DNA of 64,000 nucleotides from Camelus ferus (taxonomy: Eukaryota), in NCBI RefSeq assembly GCF_009834535.1, contig NC_045696.1:115880001-115944000 (forward strand), read 5' to 3'. The position numbers and the translations under genes were made by a program. A model generated the notes under the pieces. The model was not told the origin of the DNA. It did no database searches and saw only the letters and a program-made list of their open reading frames with translations. This document shows, piece by piece, positions 36,741 through 49,448 of the stretch; positions within the stretch are counted from its first letter, which is position 1, and each line of letters opens with the position of its first letter.

Positions 36741-37289
36741 GAATCATCCTTTCAAGACATCTAACATCAAGTCTCCTTTGCAGAGAAGAACTCATCTCTC
36801 CTACTTTTCCCACACTTGGATTCTGTACGTGCAAAGACTTTATGTACTTCTCCTCCTAGCACTACCTACCCTTAAAAGCCTAACTCACAAGCCTCACCTG
36901 CTCTGCACCCTTCTCAGGAAACTCATCAAGACTGATTTACCCCTGTCCACCCCAGAATCTCATACTCCTTGCTTTGTATTTTGGCATTTATTGATGCTAA
37001 ATTAGTAACTTTATCATGTGCTTCCTTCTGTCACTATTAAATGTCCTTTAGGATGATATGTCTTGCCTCCCAAACCAAGATTCAAAACACCTCACAGATT
37101 TTATTTTCAATTTCACTATACAAAGCACAGCTTTGGATATAAGTCTTAACCATAATAAAGGCACTTTGGATTGAATGATGTTATTTTCTGGTTTCCAAGG
37201 TCTTTGACTAAGCATAGTTAATGTGTTTAAATCTTTAATATATATGAAAATGCAGTTGTGATTTACGTGTCTCAGTTCATCCAGTAAGC

Positions 37290-37650
37290 ACAACTGAGGA
37301 CCTACTGTGTTCATGATAACACGTCATGTGCTGTGTATATTAGAGACAGGGCATGGGCCCATTTTCCTTGAAGGTGTTATTATGAGGGAAATAAGGCATA
37401 GACTTGTACATGTGCACATGGTGACAAAAATATATAAATGTTATAGGAAGATGCAGATGGATTGCTGGGGACACTCAAAGGAGAGAGGTTGATTCTAGCT
37501 GGCATATTGAAAAGGCTCGAAGGAGAAGGTGTTACTCAAGCTGGTTACTGAAGGATGGAGAATATTTGCACACAATGAGATTGTTGAAGGACAGGTTGTA
37601 GGTAAGGAAAAAGAAAGGCTGGTCAGATCTAATTGAAGGGACCCAAACTA
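37290..37650 (-). mobile_element. L2 remnant
   Basis: ACTGAGGACCTACTGTGT..GCTGGGACACTCAAAGGAGAGAG..GAAAAGGCT..GGAGAAGGTG..TGAAGGATGGAGAA. Confidence 0.55.
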
Positions 37651-37934
37651 TTAGTCTGCTGGGGGCTATGATTTCTCTCCAGTCTCATTTAGGGTAAGAA
37701 ATCTGAGCTCCTCACTTCTGTCAGTCCCTATAGTGCTCACGATTTGTACATGTGGAATTTAGCTCTTTCCTCTACTTAGTTATTTTAAATGAAATTTCTT
37801 TTGAAACCCACAGCCCCTTCCCAATAAAGAAAAGACTTGCATATAGATGCTTTCCTGTTCTCTTGAGGACCGAACCAGACAAATTTGACCTCGCTGGCAG
37901 ACTATCTGGTTGACTATTTAGAGCTACAAATTCA

Positions 37935-38097
37935 ACTTCTTCTCAGTTTCTAATATCCGTGCAAATCCACAGGGGATCTAGTTAAAATGTGAATTCTGAG
38001 TTAGTAGGGCTGGGGCAGACAGAGAGTCTGCATTTCTCAGGAATGCTCAGGTGACGCTGATGCTTCTGGTCCCTCAGACACACTTCGAGCAGCAAAG
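37935..38097. mobile_element. MER5-type hAT-Charlie DNA transposon
   Basis: GGGGATCTAGTTAAAATGTGAATTCTGAGTTAGTAGGGCTGGGG..CTGCATTTCT..CAGGTGACGCTGATGCTTCTGGTCC..CACACTTCGAGCAGCAAAG. Confidence 0.85.
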
Positions 38098-38638
38098 ATC
38101 TAGATTGCTTGAGAGCAGCCGCCAGGTCCGCACCATTGCCGGCACGGTCTCCAGTAGCTAGCTCAGTGCCTTTTATATAATAGGTGCTCAATTAATACAT
38201 TTTAAGAACTAGATGAGTGAAAGAACGAATAAAGAAATCAATTAACACTGAATAAATTATTCTCCTATCACACAGGGTCCTGCTTGCCTGTACTTAAGGC
38301 AATTTCCTGAAACTTGTCAGTCAGCAAATGAAGACCATGAAATACAGGCTTTGGAACTCTCGGGTCCTCTGTTCAGCAATATCTGGTGCTTTTATAAATT
38401 CAGTGACCAAAACAAGCAGAAATAACAGATAATATTTTGTCTCCAACAACAGATTTTATAGAGTTTTCAAGGATGTTTTCCTTGACGCAAAGAAATAGCC
38501 TAATTCTAGCATTTTCACTTTTCTTCCCTTTTCAAAACCTCTTACTCAAAGTCTCTCCCAATCTCCCGGCTGGAAGTAATGTTTCTTGCTTCTGAGTTCT
38601 CCTGTGGCTCCTTCTGTACCTGTTCTTGGGAAGGCATT

Positions 38639-38967
38639 TGCTCTGGACTCAAAATCCGTATGTTGAAATTCTCAAACCCAATGTGATGGCATTTGGAGGT
38701 GGGCGTTTGGAAGGTGATCAGGTCATGAGGGTGGAGCCCTCAGGAATGGGATCCGTGCCCTTATAAAAGGGGACCCCAGAAGGCTCCCTTGGTGAGGATG
38801 CAGAGAGACCTCAGTAGTCTGCATCTCAGAAGAGAGCCCTCACGAGAACCTGGCCGTGTTGGCACCCTGATCTCAGACTTGCAGCCTCCAGGACTGTGAA
38901 CTGTCTGCTGTTTATAAGCCACATACTTTACGGTGTTTTGTAATAGCAGCCCGAACGGCAGAAGACA
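38639..38967 (+). mobile_element. MaLR solo LTR (MLT1A-like)
   Basis: TG...CA ends; CCCAATGTGATGGCATTTGGAGGTGGG, GGTCATGAGGGTGGAGCCCTCA, GGCACCCTGATCTCAGACTTGCAGCCTCCAG; 5-bp TSD gcatt/gcgtt. Confidence 0.9.
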
Positions 38968-39857
38968 GCGTTAACCCGTGACAGCTCTCCTCACAGTCAC
39001 TCATCTCCTGCACTAATCCGTAGATTCCTTGAGGAGAAGGTTCATGTTTTAACTGGAATCCCTACATTCACACTCCGCCTTCTGCACTCAGCCCTGTGCA
39101 GAGATGGTACCAAATAAATAATTATTCTGGGAAAGAGGCAAGGAATGTTGTGATTGACGTTTCTCTAATCATTTTGTTCTAGTATCTCTAGGGCTTGATA
39201 AATGTTATGGCCTCTTTAGAATAACAACACAGAGGAATCATTTTACCATCAAAGGCCTAATGTAGCAGCGTTTAACCATCATAACAGCTAATCCAAAACT
39301 GAGATCAGGACTGATGAGAGGGCAACAATCTACCTTCTTTTGTAAAAGCAAAGGGAATTGTATTTAGGTGAAATTAATCCACCCGATAAAACCTCAGGCA
39401 GAGTTCACAGCCCAGAAAATATGACAGGGAAAATTATTCATTACTATTTGTGTATCTAATTTGTTTATAACACCCTAGAGGTGCCATTCACCCAGACTTC
39501 AGAAGATAAAAGAGACAGAAAATAATTAGCCAAGGAAGAAAGTCTAATTCTATTGAAATAAGACATGAGGGAGGGCCTCGTATTGAGGTTACTGATTCTT
39601 TCAAATGCTTTGTTTAAATGAGTTCCATGCTCCTTTCATGTTGAATAGTACTACTAATGATTGTTTTCAGAAAACACTTTAATTTTTGCTGTTTTAATCA
39701 TTCCATCATTTATTCTTTCACCGCAACCTATTTGGTATTTTTTTTTAGGAGCCTTTCAAAACCTCAAAGACTTTTTGTGAGTTCCTGTGTCAAAAGAGAA
39801 CAAAGCAAATGTAAATACTACTTAAGTATTTATTGATTTACTTATTCATTCATTTAC

Positions 39858-40110
39858 TTGTGGAAAGAGCCTAGACTTAGGACTTAGGAGTACAATGTAT
39901 CAGGTTTGGAGTTTCTGACAGTCCATTTACAAGTGAGAGACTTTAATCAGCTTGTTTGAATTCCCTAAAGTCTCCTTTCTTATTGGTTTTATGGATACAC
40001 TTACACAGGTATCTCATAGACTTGGTTCATGTGTGGATTCGATAAGATAATATATGAAAATTACCCAGGATAGTGTCTGGCATACAGTAAAATAGCAAGA
40101 GGTATTAATC
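39858..40110 (+). mobile_element. MIR SINE
   Basis: GTGGAAAGAGCCTAGACTTAGGA..GGTTTGGAGTT..GGATTCGATAAGATAATATATGAAA..CAGGATAGTGTCTGGCATACAGTAA. Confidence 0.7.
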
Positions 40111-40906
40111 CCTTTCTTTTTCCTCCCCTCACTGTCCCCAAATATAAAGGCCAGATAGAACCTTCAGGACTATGTTTGAGCCAAGAAGTTGTATCTTCTG
40201 TGTCCTAAGCCAAAAAGAAACCATAGTATCCTCTTTCGTCCCTCTATTCTCTTCATCTGTGCTGGGAAACACCAGCATACACCCTGAAGGAACATCACAA
40301 AATCATTTTCACCTTCACCCCAGTGTGTCTTCCTTCTTGGTGGGCAGTTCCTGTCCTCATAGAGCCTTCCAGGCAACAGAGACAGCTCCAAGTCAGAAGG
40401 CGCATCAAGGTCTTGCAGCAGAGAAGAAAGTTCAAGTTCAAGGGTAGAATAAAAGTGGAGAGACAGCATACCACAGAGAATGATCTGCCTATCACTCCCT
40501 GCGTATAATCCCTTCACGCCCGTGCATTAACAACTCCCTCCCTGGGTGTAACACACTTGTGTGATGGGGGTTCCATTGGTGTTCGATCCACATCAGGGCC
40601 TCTCCTCTTCAAGGATAGAAGAAGCAGTAGGTAGATTGAGTCCGGAAGTCATTGTGACCATCGAAAAGCATCTTGAATGTGAAAGATACTGATTCAATGC
40701 TGGCTAATATCTGGTGGATTATTTCTGGTGTTCCACCGAAGCAGCAGATTATTGGGTAAACTGGATTAATGCGTTGGTTGCCTCCTTCATTTATTTATTT
40801 GTTCATTTATTCTTGTGTTCATTTTTTTCATTTATCCAACCATCATCTATTGATAATCTAGCATTTGTAAACTGATGGATGAGGCACAGTGGTTAGTACA
40901 CACATG

Positions 40907-41722
40907 CAGGGCCCACATCATGGGCACGTGGTCATTTGCAGTTACATTGGGTCCTGAAATTGGGATTTAATGCCCCTCAGTCACTGTCCTGAAATTCTCA
41001 ATAATTGTATCTTTAAATGTGTGTTTTAGAAGCAAAGTACAATGGGACAATGAAGCAAACACTAGGGACCCAGAAATTCAGCTCACGTGTGGTCCAACCT
41101 CCAGCCACCTCCCCGGGTTGGGTTTTTGGCCACCAATTGTGCTCTAGTATCCTGGGCTGCCCCCTTCTCATTCCACTGCCACTCTCCACCACTGCTGGGG
41201 GCTTGGGCTTGAGCATGGAAAGGGTCAGTGTTGGGCACTTGCCCCAGAACATCTCAGGGTGGACATGGCAGTGACCCCTGAGATGTCAACACCACAGTGC
41301 TTTAGACAAGCAACTTTCTGGGAGCCAGCCTACTTAGTACATTCTGATGCAGCTGTTGAAATGCTCTTGGAGGGTCATCTGTCCACTGCTGGTTAAGGCA
41401 GCAAGCCTGTGGGGAGGGTGGATGCCTGGTTCAACTTTCAGAAACATTGGTCTAGCAACTGGCAGGAGAGGGAACCAGCCTGCTGGTCCCAAATGTGCAT
41501 ACTGACTAGGGTCCTTGGTGCCTGTAAGGGTCTACACTTGCCTCTAAGTATCCTTGTACCAAAGGGATCATAATACTAAATAGCAAATTAAAAATATATA
41601 TACCATGAGAGGTAAAGAGTGAGAAGGTAGAAGAAAGGATGACACTGTTTTCCTGATTTTAGAACAAGAATCTTTACATTTTTGTTTTGCATTGGGTCCT
41701 AAAAATGATGTAGCCAGCCCTG
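40907..41722. mobile_element. MER45B-like hAT-Tip100 DNA transposon
   Basis: Ends CAGGGCCCACATCATGGGC... / ...TTTTGCATTGGGTCCT..ATGTAGCCAGCCCTG; TCCTGAAATTCTCAATAATT motif; 8-bp TSD cacacatg / aatacatg. Confidence 0.8.
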
Positions 41723-43206
41723 AATACATGAGTAAGCCTGTCTTCGTTTTCTAGGAGATTATTAATTTCCATTGAATGAGGAAAGCAAGTTTTATATAAA
41801 AAGTACCAGTGGTTTCTCTCTCTCCCAATAACCCCCACCATCTCCCACAATATTCTAAGAGCATCTGCCATTGGTCCCCCTCAATGGGAAGCTGAGGAAA
41901 TGAAACCTGTAGGAATCAGGCCCCCATCACACAGAACAGAGCAAGAGAAGGGCAAGCATAGAGCTGACGGAAACAGGCCCAAGGCTGACTAAGGGAGAGG
42001 AGACGTCCACACAGAGACACAACAATGTACAAGGGCCATGAGCAGTAAATATTCACGTCGTCTGTTCTATAGAAGAGCAGAGGTAAAGAGCACAGCGCAG
42101 TGAAGGAAACATCTATGGGTCATTTCATCCCTCAGTAACTTTCCACAATTTAAGTAGGTTAGAAATTACATCCTTGAGAAGGGAAACTACCTTGCTCACC
42201 TCTGTATCTCCTGGGAGTTTGTACATTAAGGGCACTCAATAAATGCTTGTTTGATTTAACTCAATTGCGCTGACTTCGACCCCATTTCACACATAAAGTA
42301 TTTGTGTCAAACAAATAAGACAAATGGAATGTGACAAAAATCACCTTTACTCATCTCTCTCACCAGTTCCTTAAAATTCAGTAGGGATAATCTCCCCAGC
42401 CTCGGGATGGCCCAGCTCCCGCAGGAACATGACATGTCTGGGTACTCTTGCACATTTTCCTAGGCATCTCTATTCTGGTGGTCCTTTACCTAGAGTTAGG
42501 AAAATGCAGGAGAGAGGGGCCCTGCAGTGGAACTTTCTGAAGAGAGTTTCTAAATCAGATCTTTCCTGTCGTTTTCCCCTCTACTGGGCACCCGGTGGGA
42601 CACCTCCATCCTTTTTCTGCTGAGGTCTCCTTTGCCCTCCACAGCCACCATATTGGACAGAACTGAATACTGTTCTTCACAGGCTCTCTCTCTCTCTCTC
42701 TTTCTCATAGGCCTGTGGTCCCCAGAAATATGTACCATGCTTAGCCTAAACACACTCTGGGAAGGCAGGACAATTGCAACACCAACCAGAGCCCACATCT
42801 TCCTCTAGGGATTCACGATCTGGCCAGATCCCACCCCACAATCTGTTTCTGTTCTTGCAGATGGAAATCCAGCAACCGCTGGACATGCTGCTGTCCATGC
42901 CCTCTGAGTTGAGAGCCACTCGGTATGTGGTTCTAAGGTCCTCAGGCACAGTGGGAATTCCAGAGTCAGTGATATCTCTCCTCCAAGAAATCTCTTTTTC
43001 AATCCCGCCAGATCTCTGGAAGATCTTTGTTTTAATTCTTGATCTGGGTGAGAGGTTCAAAAGTTACTGAGTAGTCATTTCCTCTTGGCTGTGTGTGGAA
43101 GGTGAGGAAGGGTGGCTCCTAGCTCTGACTCACGATGCTCTCTTGATACACATGGATGCGGTGCTACAACTGTGAGAGAGGAAGGTCACACTCTGAAGGC
43201 ACTGGT

Positions 43207-43742
43207 TACCCTGTGACCCAGCAATGCCACTCCTGGGCATATATCCAGAGGAAACTCTAATTGGAAAAGATACAGGCACCCCAATGTTCACAGCAGCACT
43301 ATTTACAACAGCCAAGACATGGAAGCAAAATAAATTTCCATCAACAGATGACTAGATAAAGAAGTTGTGGTATATTTATACAATGGAATACTACTCAGCC
43401 ATAAAAATGAATGAAATAATGCCCTTTGCAGCAACATGGATGGACCTGGAGATTGTCATCCATGTGAAGTAAGCCAGAAAAAAAAGGAAAAATACCATAG
43501 GATATAGGTGGAACCTAAAAAAAAGTTACAAATGAACTTATTTACAAAACAGAGACAGACTCACAAACCTAGAAAACAAACTTACAGTTTTACCAGAGAG
43601 GGCAAGGAGGTGGGAAGGGATAAGTTGGGAGTTCAATAACAACTATATATAAAAATAGATAAACACCAAGGTCCTACTGTGTAGCACAGGGAACTATATT
43701 CAATATCTTATAATAGCCTATAATGAAAAATAATATGAAAAG

Positions 43743-43791
<49 letters not shown>

Positions 43792-43860
43792 ACTGAATCA
43801 CTATGCTGTACACCAGAAACTAACACAACATTGTAAATTGACTACAATTCAATAAAAACA
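43207..43860 (+). mobile_element. Young 5'-truncated L1 with internal (TA)n
   Basis: GACCCAGCAATGCCACTCCTGGGCATATATCCAGAGG through GCTGTACACCAGAAACTAACACAACATTG; TSD aaggcactggt (43196-43206) / aagtcactggt (43861-43871). Confidence 0.95.
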
Positions 43861-45169
43861 AAGTCACTGGTAACAACTGACTTGAGCCAAGAGCACTGCA
43901 GTGAAATTTTCTCCAGGATGTTTAGGCATTAAGCGGTGATGCTAGAACGAGGAGTACAGACTTCAAAACCACTGCCATAGGTTTTGAACCATGTGCGTGA
44001 CACTGTCTTCTAGCCCTTTTTCCTTAAGCTACACTGCAGATTGAAACACGTGGGAAAATTTGCCTTCACAAGTTAAAAAAGACAGAAAAAGAAACTCAAA
44101 ATTCAGCCAATGGATTTTCTGTAAAGTCTGTTTCACTCCCCAATCTCCATCCAAAAGCAGGTTCAGTTCAGTTCTCCCTCCAACATACTGTAGGCTGAGG
44201 GTACTTCTCATCCCAAGCATGTCAGCCCATCCTTGATTACAGTGTGGCCTACAACCAGTTTCAGCTGGGGTTTACAAACAGCATGTTCTGAGAGAGCAAT
44301 AGAAATGTGGGTAAGAACTCCCTGCCATTCCCCTGAAGCTCCTTCCCCATCTGCTCCCTGCATAATACAGGCTTCTTGTGGGAAGAGCCCATGGGTATGC
44401 GCTAATTCCCACAGTGGCCTTAGAAGGTACTGTTCTAATTGCTCCAGCTGAAATCTGTTTATTTTATAGCCCCATAAAATTCTGTGTGCAATGGTAAATA
44501 AAACCATGTGGATGCAGCCTCAATGCCCAGTTCTCTGGGCTCCATTTGCAGCCTGTGGTAAATTAAAGGGGGGAGAAAAAAAACATTGAGCAAACGGATG
44601 CAATTAGCTGAAACAGTATATTTTTGGCCTCTGATGATGTCTGCTTACATTCAATCCCCACTTGAAAAACCAATCCTCATTTGAAAGCAAACTAGAAAAA
44701 TCTCTGTAATACAGACGGACCTCATTTGGCTGAGCGTTGATGGGCAAAGACACCTTTAGACATTAAACTGCAGTATTGACTCCTGCACTTGAAATTTCAT
44801 TTTGTCATTTTTAATCACAATGAGCAAATGTCATCCTTAATAATAACCCTCTGCTTCTCTAGAATGCCTTTCAACAAAGGACCTGAGAGCACTTTTGCAA
44901 ATATTAATAAACTGAGATTCACAACAACTCCCAGAGGTGTCTGGATTGCAGGCTGAAAAGAAGCCCAAAGTCATGGAGTGACTTTGCTCACGCACCCTTA
45001 GGAAACTAAGCTCCAGGAGGAGAAACAAAGACTGTCATCCTGGTTTATGTCAGCTTCACCTGTTTGTGTTCACCTGGCATCTTCAGCCATTACTGGGATT
45101 TTGGGGTGCAAAGAATGAATGGGGGACAGTTGGGGCTCTCACTGAGATTTATACTTCGTTCTTCTCCCT

Positions 45170-46725
45170 CCTTCTTCCGTTCCATCTATATGGATGTCAA
45201 CTCCCAAATTTGTCGATCCGATCCAACTTGGCCCTTACTTCCCGGACTCAGATATCCAACAGTCATCAACAGCTAATGAGCAGTTCAGTCATCTGTATTC
45301 AAAACCAGACTGGTGGTACCCGCGCCAAAACCAGCTCTACCTCAGTCCTTCCCACTTCAGGACTTAACAGCGCCTCTCTTCCTGATGATCAGCACAAACA
45401 CCTTAGAGTTATCTTTGTTCCTGCCCTTTCCCGCTATGGCAAATTATCTCTGAATCTAGTTGGCTCTAATTTTCAAATAAACCCGGATGCCAAACACTTT
45501 CCATCACTCCTCCCTGGGCCTAGACCACCATCATCTCTAGTTGATTTATTTATTTTTGATCTGTGAAGAATTAATTTTATTTTTGCACAAATACCATGAT
45601 ACTTTATTACTCAAAGTGTTTCTTTCAAAATAAGTTAAAATGTTTCCATATTACTCTTTTGTGAAATGTGTAATTATTGACTATCACTGATGAACATAAG
45701 ATAAAAATGGGAGCCACTCATATTCTCGAAGAGAAGAAAAGTGCTTACAATATTTTGTGAAAACCTTTGTTTACATCATTGATTTAAAGATTCAATGGAT
45801 GATTTCATATTTTTCCTTAAAAAGCCGTAGATGTCTTAATGGGCTATTCAGACATTCCCACCATTATAAAGACTAAACAAAACCAACCCCAAAACAAAAC
45901 CCTACAAAAGCACATTAATTTTATTATAGAACATATATTAAGTCGTTGAGTGAAGCTCTTTTTTATGAACACGGTAATAGCCTGCTAACTTATCTCCAGG
46001 TTTCCAACCTTGCCTGCTAGTCTGTCTTTGCAGCAGACAGATTGATCTCCTTTAAATGTGAGACAGTCCATGTACTCCTTTACTTAAGAGGTTTCAAAGG
46101 CTTCCAATCTCATTCAGAGTAAAATCCCAAGTCCTTACTACAGTCAACAAGGCTTTATAGGATCCGGCCCCTAGGACCTTGCTGTCCTCACCTGCTGCTG
46201 CTTCCTTCTCATTCCTTTAGCTCCAGCCCCTCTCTCTTTCTCTTTCTCTCTCTCTTAATTGAAGCATAGTCAGTTACAATGTGTCAATTTCTGGTGTACA
46301 GCACAGAGTCCCAGTCATGCACATACATACATATATTTTCACTTTCATATTCTTTCTCATTAAAGGTTATTACAAGATATTGAATACAGTTGTGCCAGAC
46401 AGAAGAAATTTGTTTTTTATCTATTTTTAGATGTAGCGGTTAACATTTGCAAATCTCAAACCCTCACATTTAGCCCCTGTCTCTTTTATGCTCCTCAGAT
46501 AAGCCAAGCGAGCTGCTAATTCAGAGCATTTCCACTTGCTAAACTTTCTGCCTGGAAGGCTCTTCTGCCAGGTCTCTGAATGCATGCTCCTCCCCTTTTC
46601 AGAATCTCTGCTCAAGCATTCACTTACCGGAAAGGCCTTCCTCCGCCACCTTATACTACAGAGCACCAACCTCCATGACACTCCAGGCCACCAACCTTGT
46701 TTTACTTTTTTCCATATCACTGACC
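45170..46725 (+). mobile_element. L2 remnant interrupted by two insertions (about 45546-45970 and 46240-46470)
   Basis: CATCTATATGGATGTCAACTCCCAAATT, CCACCATCATCTCT..AATAGCCTGCTAACT, CAGAGTAAAATCCCAAGTCCTTAC, TCTCTGCTCAAGCATTCAC. Confidence 0.8.
46240..46470 (-). mobile_element. Young L1 3' fragment with (CT)-converted tail
   Basis: AATTGAAGCATAGTCAGTTACAATGTGTCAATTTCTGGTGTACAGC...; TSD agcccctctctcttt (46225-46239) / agcccctgtctcttt (46472-46486). Confidence 0.92.
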
Positions 46726-47509
46726 AGCACCCGGCACCAGCTTCTAAGTTATCCTTACACATGAACGGCCGTTGTGGCCACAGACATAGCTTCCTCCCAT
46801 AATTGCCAAAACTCTTCCTTCTCCTCTGGGGAGAAGTGAATGCAACTAACTTAGAAGTCTGAAACATCATTTTGTTTCTAAGGACCACATTAAAGTTTTC
46901 CCTAAAATGTCACGGCAGTATTGTGACAATATTTCAGAGGATTTCCTGATAGTGGGTCTTGGACAAGCCCACAGAACGTCTTCCCAGTTGGAGCCTTCCT
47001 GAATTGTGATAGCCATAACTGAGGTCTGAGTAAATTTTAAAGAGCAAGACACCGTTGTATCTGAATCAATTCCCCAGCTCTTACTCAGTAAGTCATGTCT
47101 ACTTTTTACCATAGGGAATACTTCTTGTCAGTGGTCTTGATGAGAGGTTCAAAGTCCTCCACCCGCACACTGCTAAAGCAAAAAAGGAGAGAATCACTAA
47201 TGCGTATCTGCATCTTCACTATTTTTTTCATATTGAAAATCAAAATATTCCACTCCCTCTACTTTTTTCTTCTGGCATTACAAACCTTATCCACTGTTTG
47301 GAGATGTTTATTTTGCCAAATCATAGATGATCTTGCAAAGACCTCCTTGTTCTTATCTGCTCTCCTGGCTTATAATCTAGATCATGGCAAAAAAAAAAAA
47401 AAAAAAGTAGTAAAAATAATAACCAACTTACCAAATAAGAAAAAATGAGGAAAGAAAGTCCAAGTCAGTTGATAGAGTTCAATCTTAATTTTCTTAGTAC
47501 ACCTCCTGG

Positions 47510-49448
47510 CTCATTTTATAAGGCTAACATTTCTCTGACACAAAAAACAGACCAAGATATCACAAGGAAAAGTAACTACACATCAACTGTTGTGCAAAAA
47601 TAACTACACACCAATTGTTCCCGTCAACATGTAGGAATCCTTTTAAAATTAGCAAATTAAATACTGCAATATATAAAAAACAATACCTCATGACAAGTGG
47701 AGTTCAACACTGGAAAATTAGTAAGCATAATCTACCTTATCAACATAATATTTTTAAAAAAAAACAAATATTTGATAATCTCAATAGATGCAGAAAAAAA
47801 ATCATTCAACAAAATTCAACAACAATTCATGGTGAAAACTCTAAGTAGGATCAAAAAAGAATTTAACCTGATAAAAAGGCTTTACATAAAATCTACAACT
47901 AACTTCATACTTAACGTGAAAGATTGAATTATTTTGAGTTATTTCCCTACTAAGATCAGGGATAGGTCAAAGATGCCTAATCTGACTTCCAGTTAATCTC
48001 ATGCTGAAGTCCCACCCAGTCAGAACAATAAAGCGAGAAAAAGACACAAAAGGCATTCAGGTGGAAGGAGGAATTAAAACTGTCTCTATTTGCAGACAAC
48101 ATGATTGTTTAGGTAGAAAATCTCAAAGAATCTACAAGAAAAGCCTTTAGACCTAACCAGAAGTTTAGTAGGATAAAAGTTCAGTACAAACACAACACAA
48201 TACAGACAGAAAGATTTAATGCGTGGCCGTATACTATCAAGGAACATCTGAAATTAAAGCTTAAAAGCCAGAACCATTTATAATACCATCAAAAAATAAG
48301 TGTTTATGGGTAAATCAAACATGTACGTGGAAGATTTATATACTGAAAATTATAAAACATTTATGAGGGAAATCGAAGGAAATCTAAACAAACAGCGTGA
48401 TCTACCAGGTTTATAAACCTGAACAGCCAATACTGTTCAGATATCAACAGCCAAACTGATCTATAGATTCAATACAATCCCAGTATGTAGTGCATCCTCA
48501 CATCAAGGCCTTCTGCTCTTTGAAAGATACCGTTAAGGAATCTAAAATTTAAAAAAAATCTATAAACTGAGAAAAATTATTTTCAACAATGTATCTGATA
48601 AAGAACTTGTATCCAGAATATGTAAAGAACTCTATTTTTTAAAATTTTTTATTGAAGTACGAACTCTCACAACTCAAAAATAATAAATAAATACATAACA
48701 AAAGAGTTGACAAACATTTTACAAAGAAGCAAATAACTACAAGAAAATATGTTCCACTACAATGGGATTGCAAATTGAAACCACAATGCATTACCACTCA
48801 TACCTCTGAAAATGGCTAAAAAATCAAAACAGAACAAAAACCAAAGCCTGACACGATCAAGTGCTGATGAGAATGTGAATCAGCTAAAGCTTTCATTTGT
48901 TGCTCGTGGGAGAGCAAAGAGTACCATCTCTTCAGGAAACTGTTTGACATTTCTTTATAGAGTTAAACGCCCTCTACAGTAAGTTGATAATCCAGCTGGG
49001 CATTCAACTAATAAACGGATAAACAGTTTTACATCTGTACAGTGGAATAAAACTGCATTAGGGACAAAGAACTACTGATATGTGTAACTACTTAACTAAA
49101 CCTCAAAAGGATTTTGCTAAATGAAAGAATCCAAAAAGAAAAAAAAAAAAAAAAGAATCTAGACACAAAGAAGACATACTATATGATTCCATTTACGTAA
49201 GTTTTTGCAAAAGGCCAAATTCTAGGGACAGAAATTGGATTGGTAGTTTCCAGGGGCTGGGACTGGAGTTGGGGACTGACTACGAAAGGGCAAAAGAAAA
49301 CTCCAAGAGCCAGTGGGAATATTCTGAATCTTGATTGTGGTAAACACTACACAGTGGTGTAACTCGTACTTGTTCATTAAAACTCATTTGATCTATGCAC
49401 GGAAAGAGACGCATTTTACTGTCTGTTAATAGGCGTCTCTAAACCTGA
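47510..49448 (+). mobile_element. Ancient fragmented L1 (ORF2 RT remnants + L1ME/MC-type 3'UTR)
   Basis: ORF track 47697..47927 contains IISIDAEKKSFNKIQ (L1 RT motif); CTATTTGCAGACAACATGATT (FADDM motif); 3'UTR TATGATTCCATTTA..GGAATATTCTGAATCTTGATTGTGG. Confidence 0.88.

Noticed and set aside
40170..40780. Unique block with several overlapping ORFs, considered as an endogenous viral or pseudogene fragment
   Set aside because: The frames I translated and the ORF track give nothing recognisable; a BLASTx would be needed to exclude it fully
45066..45566. 166-aa ORF
   Set aside because: Lies mostly within an L2 remnant, starts at a non-ATG codon and resembles no known protein
46427..46888. 153-aa minus-strand ORF
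   Set aside because: Runs across L2 and L1 repeat sequence; no recognisable domain
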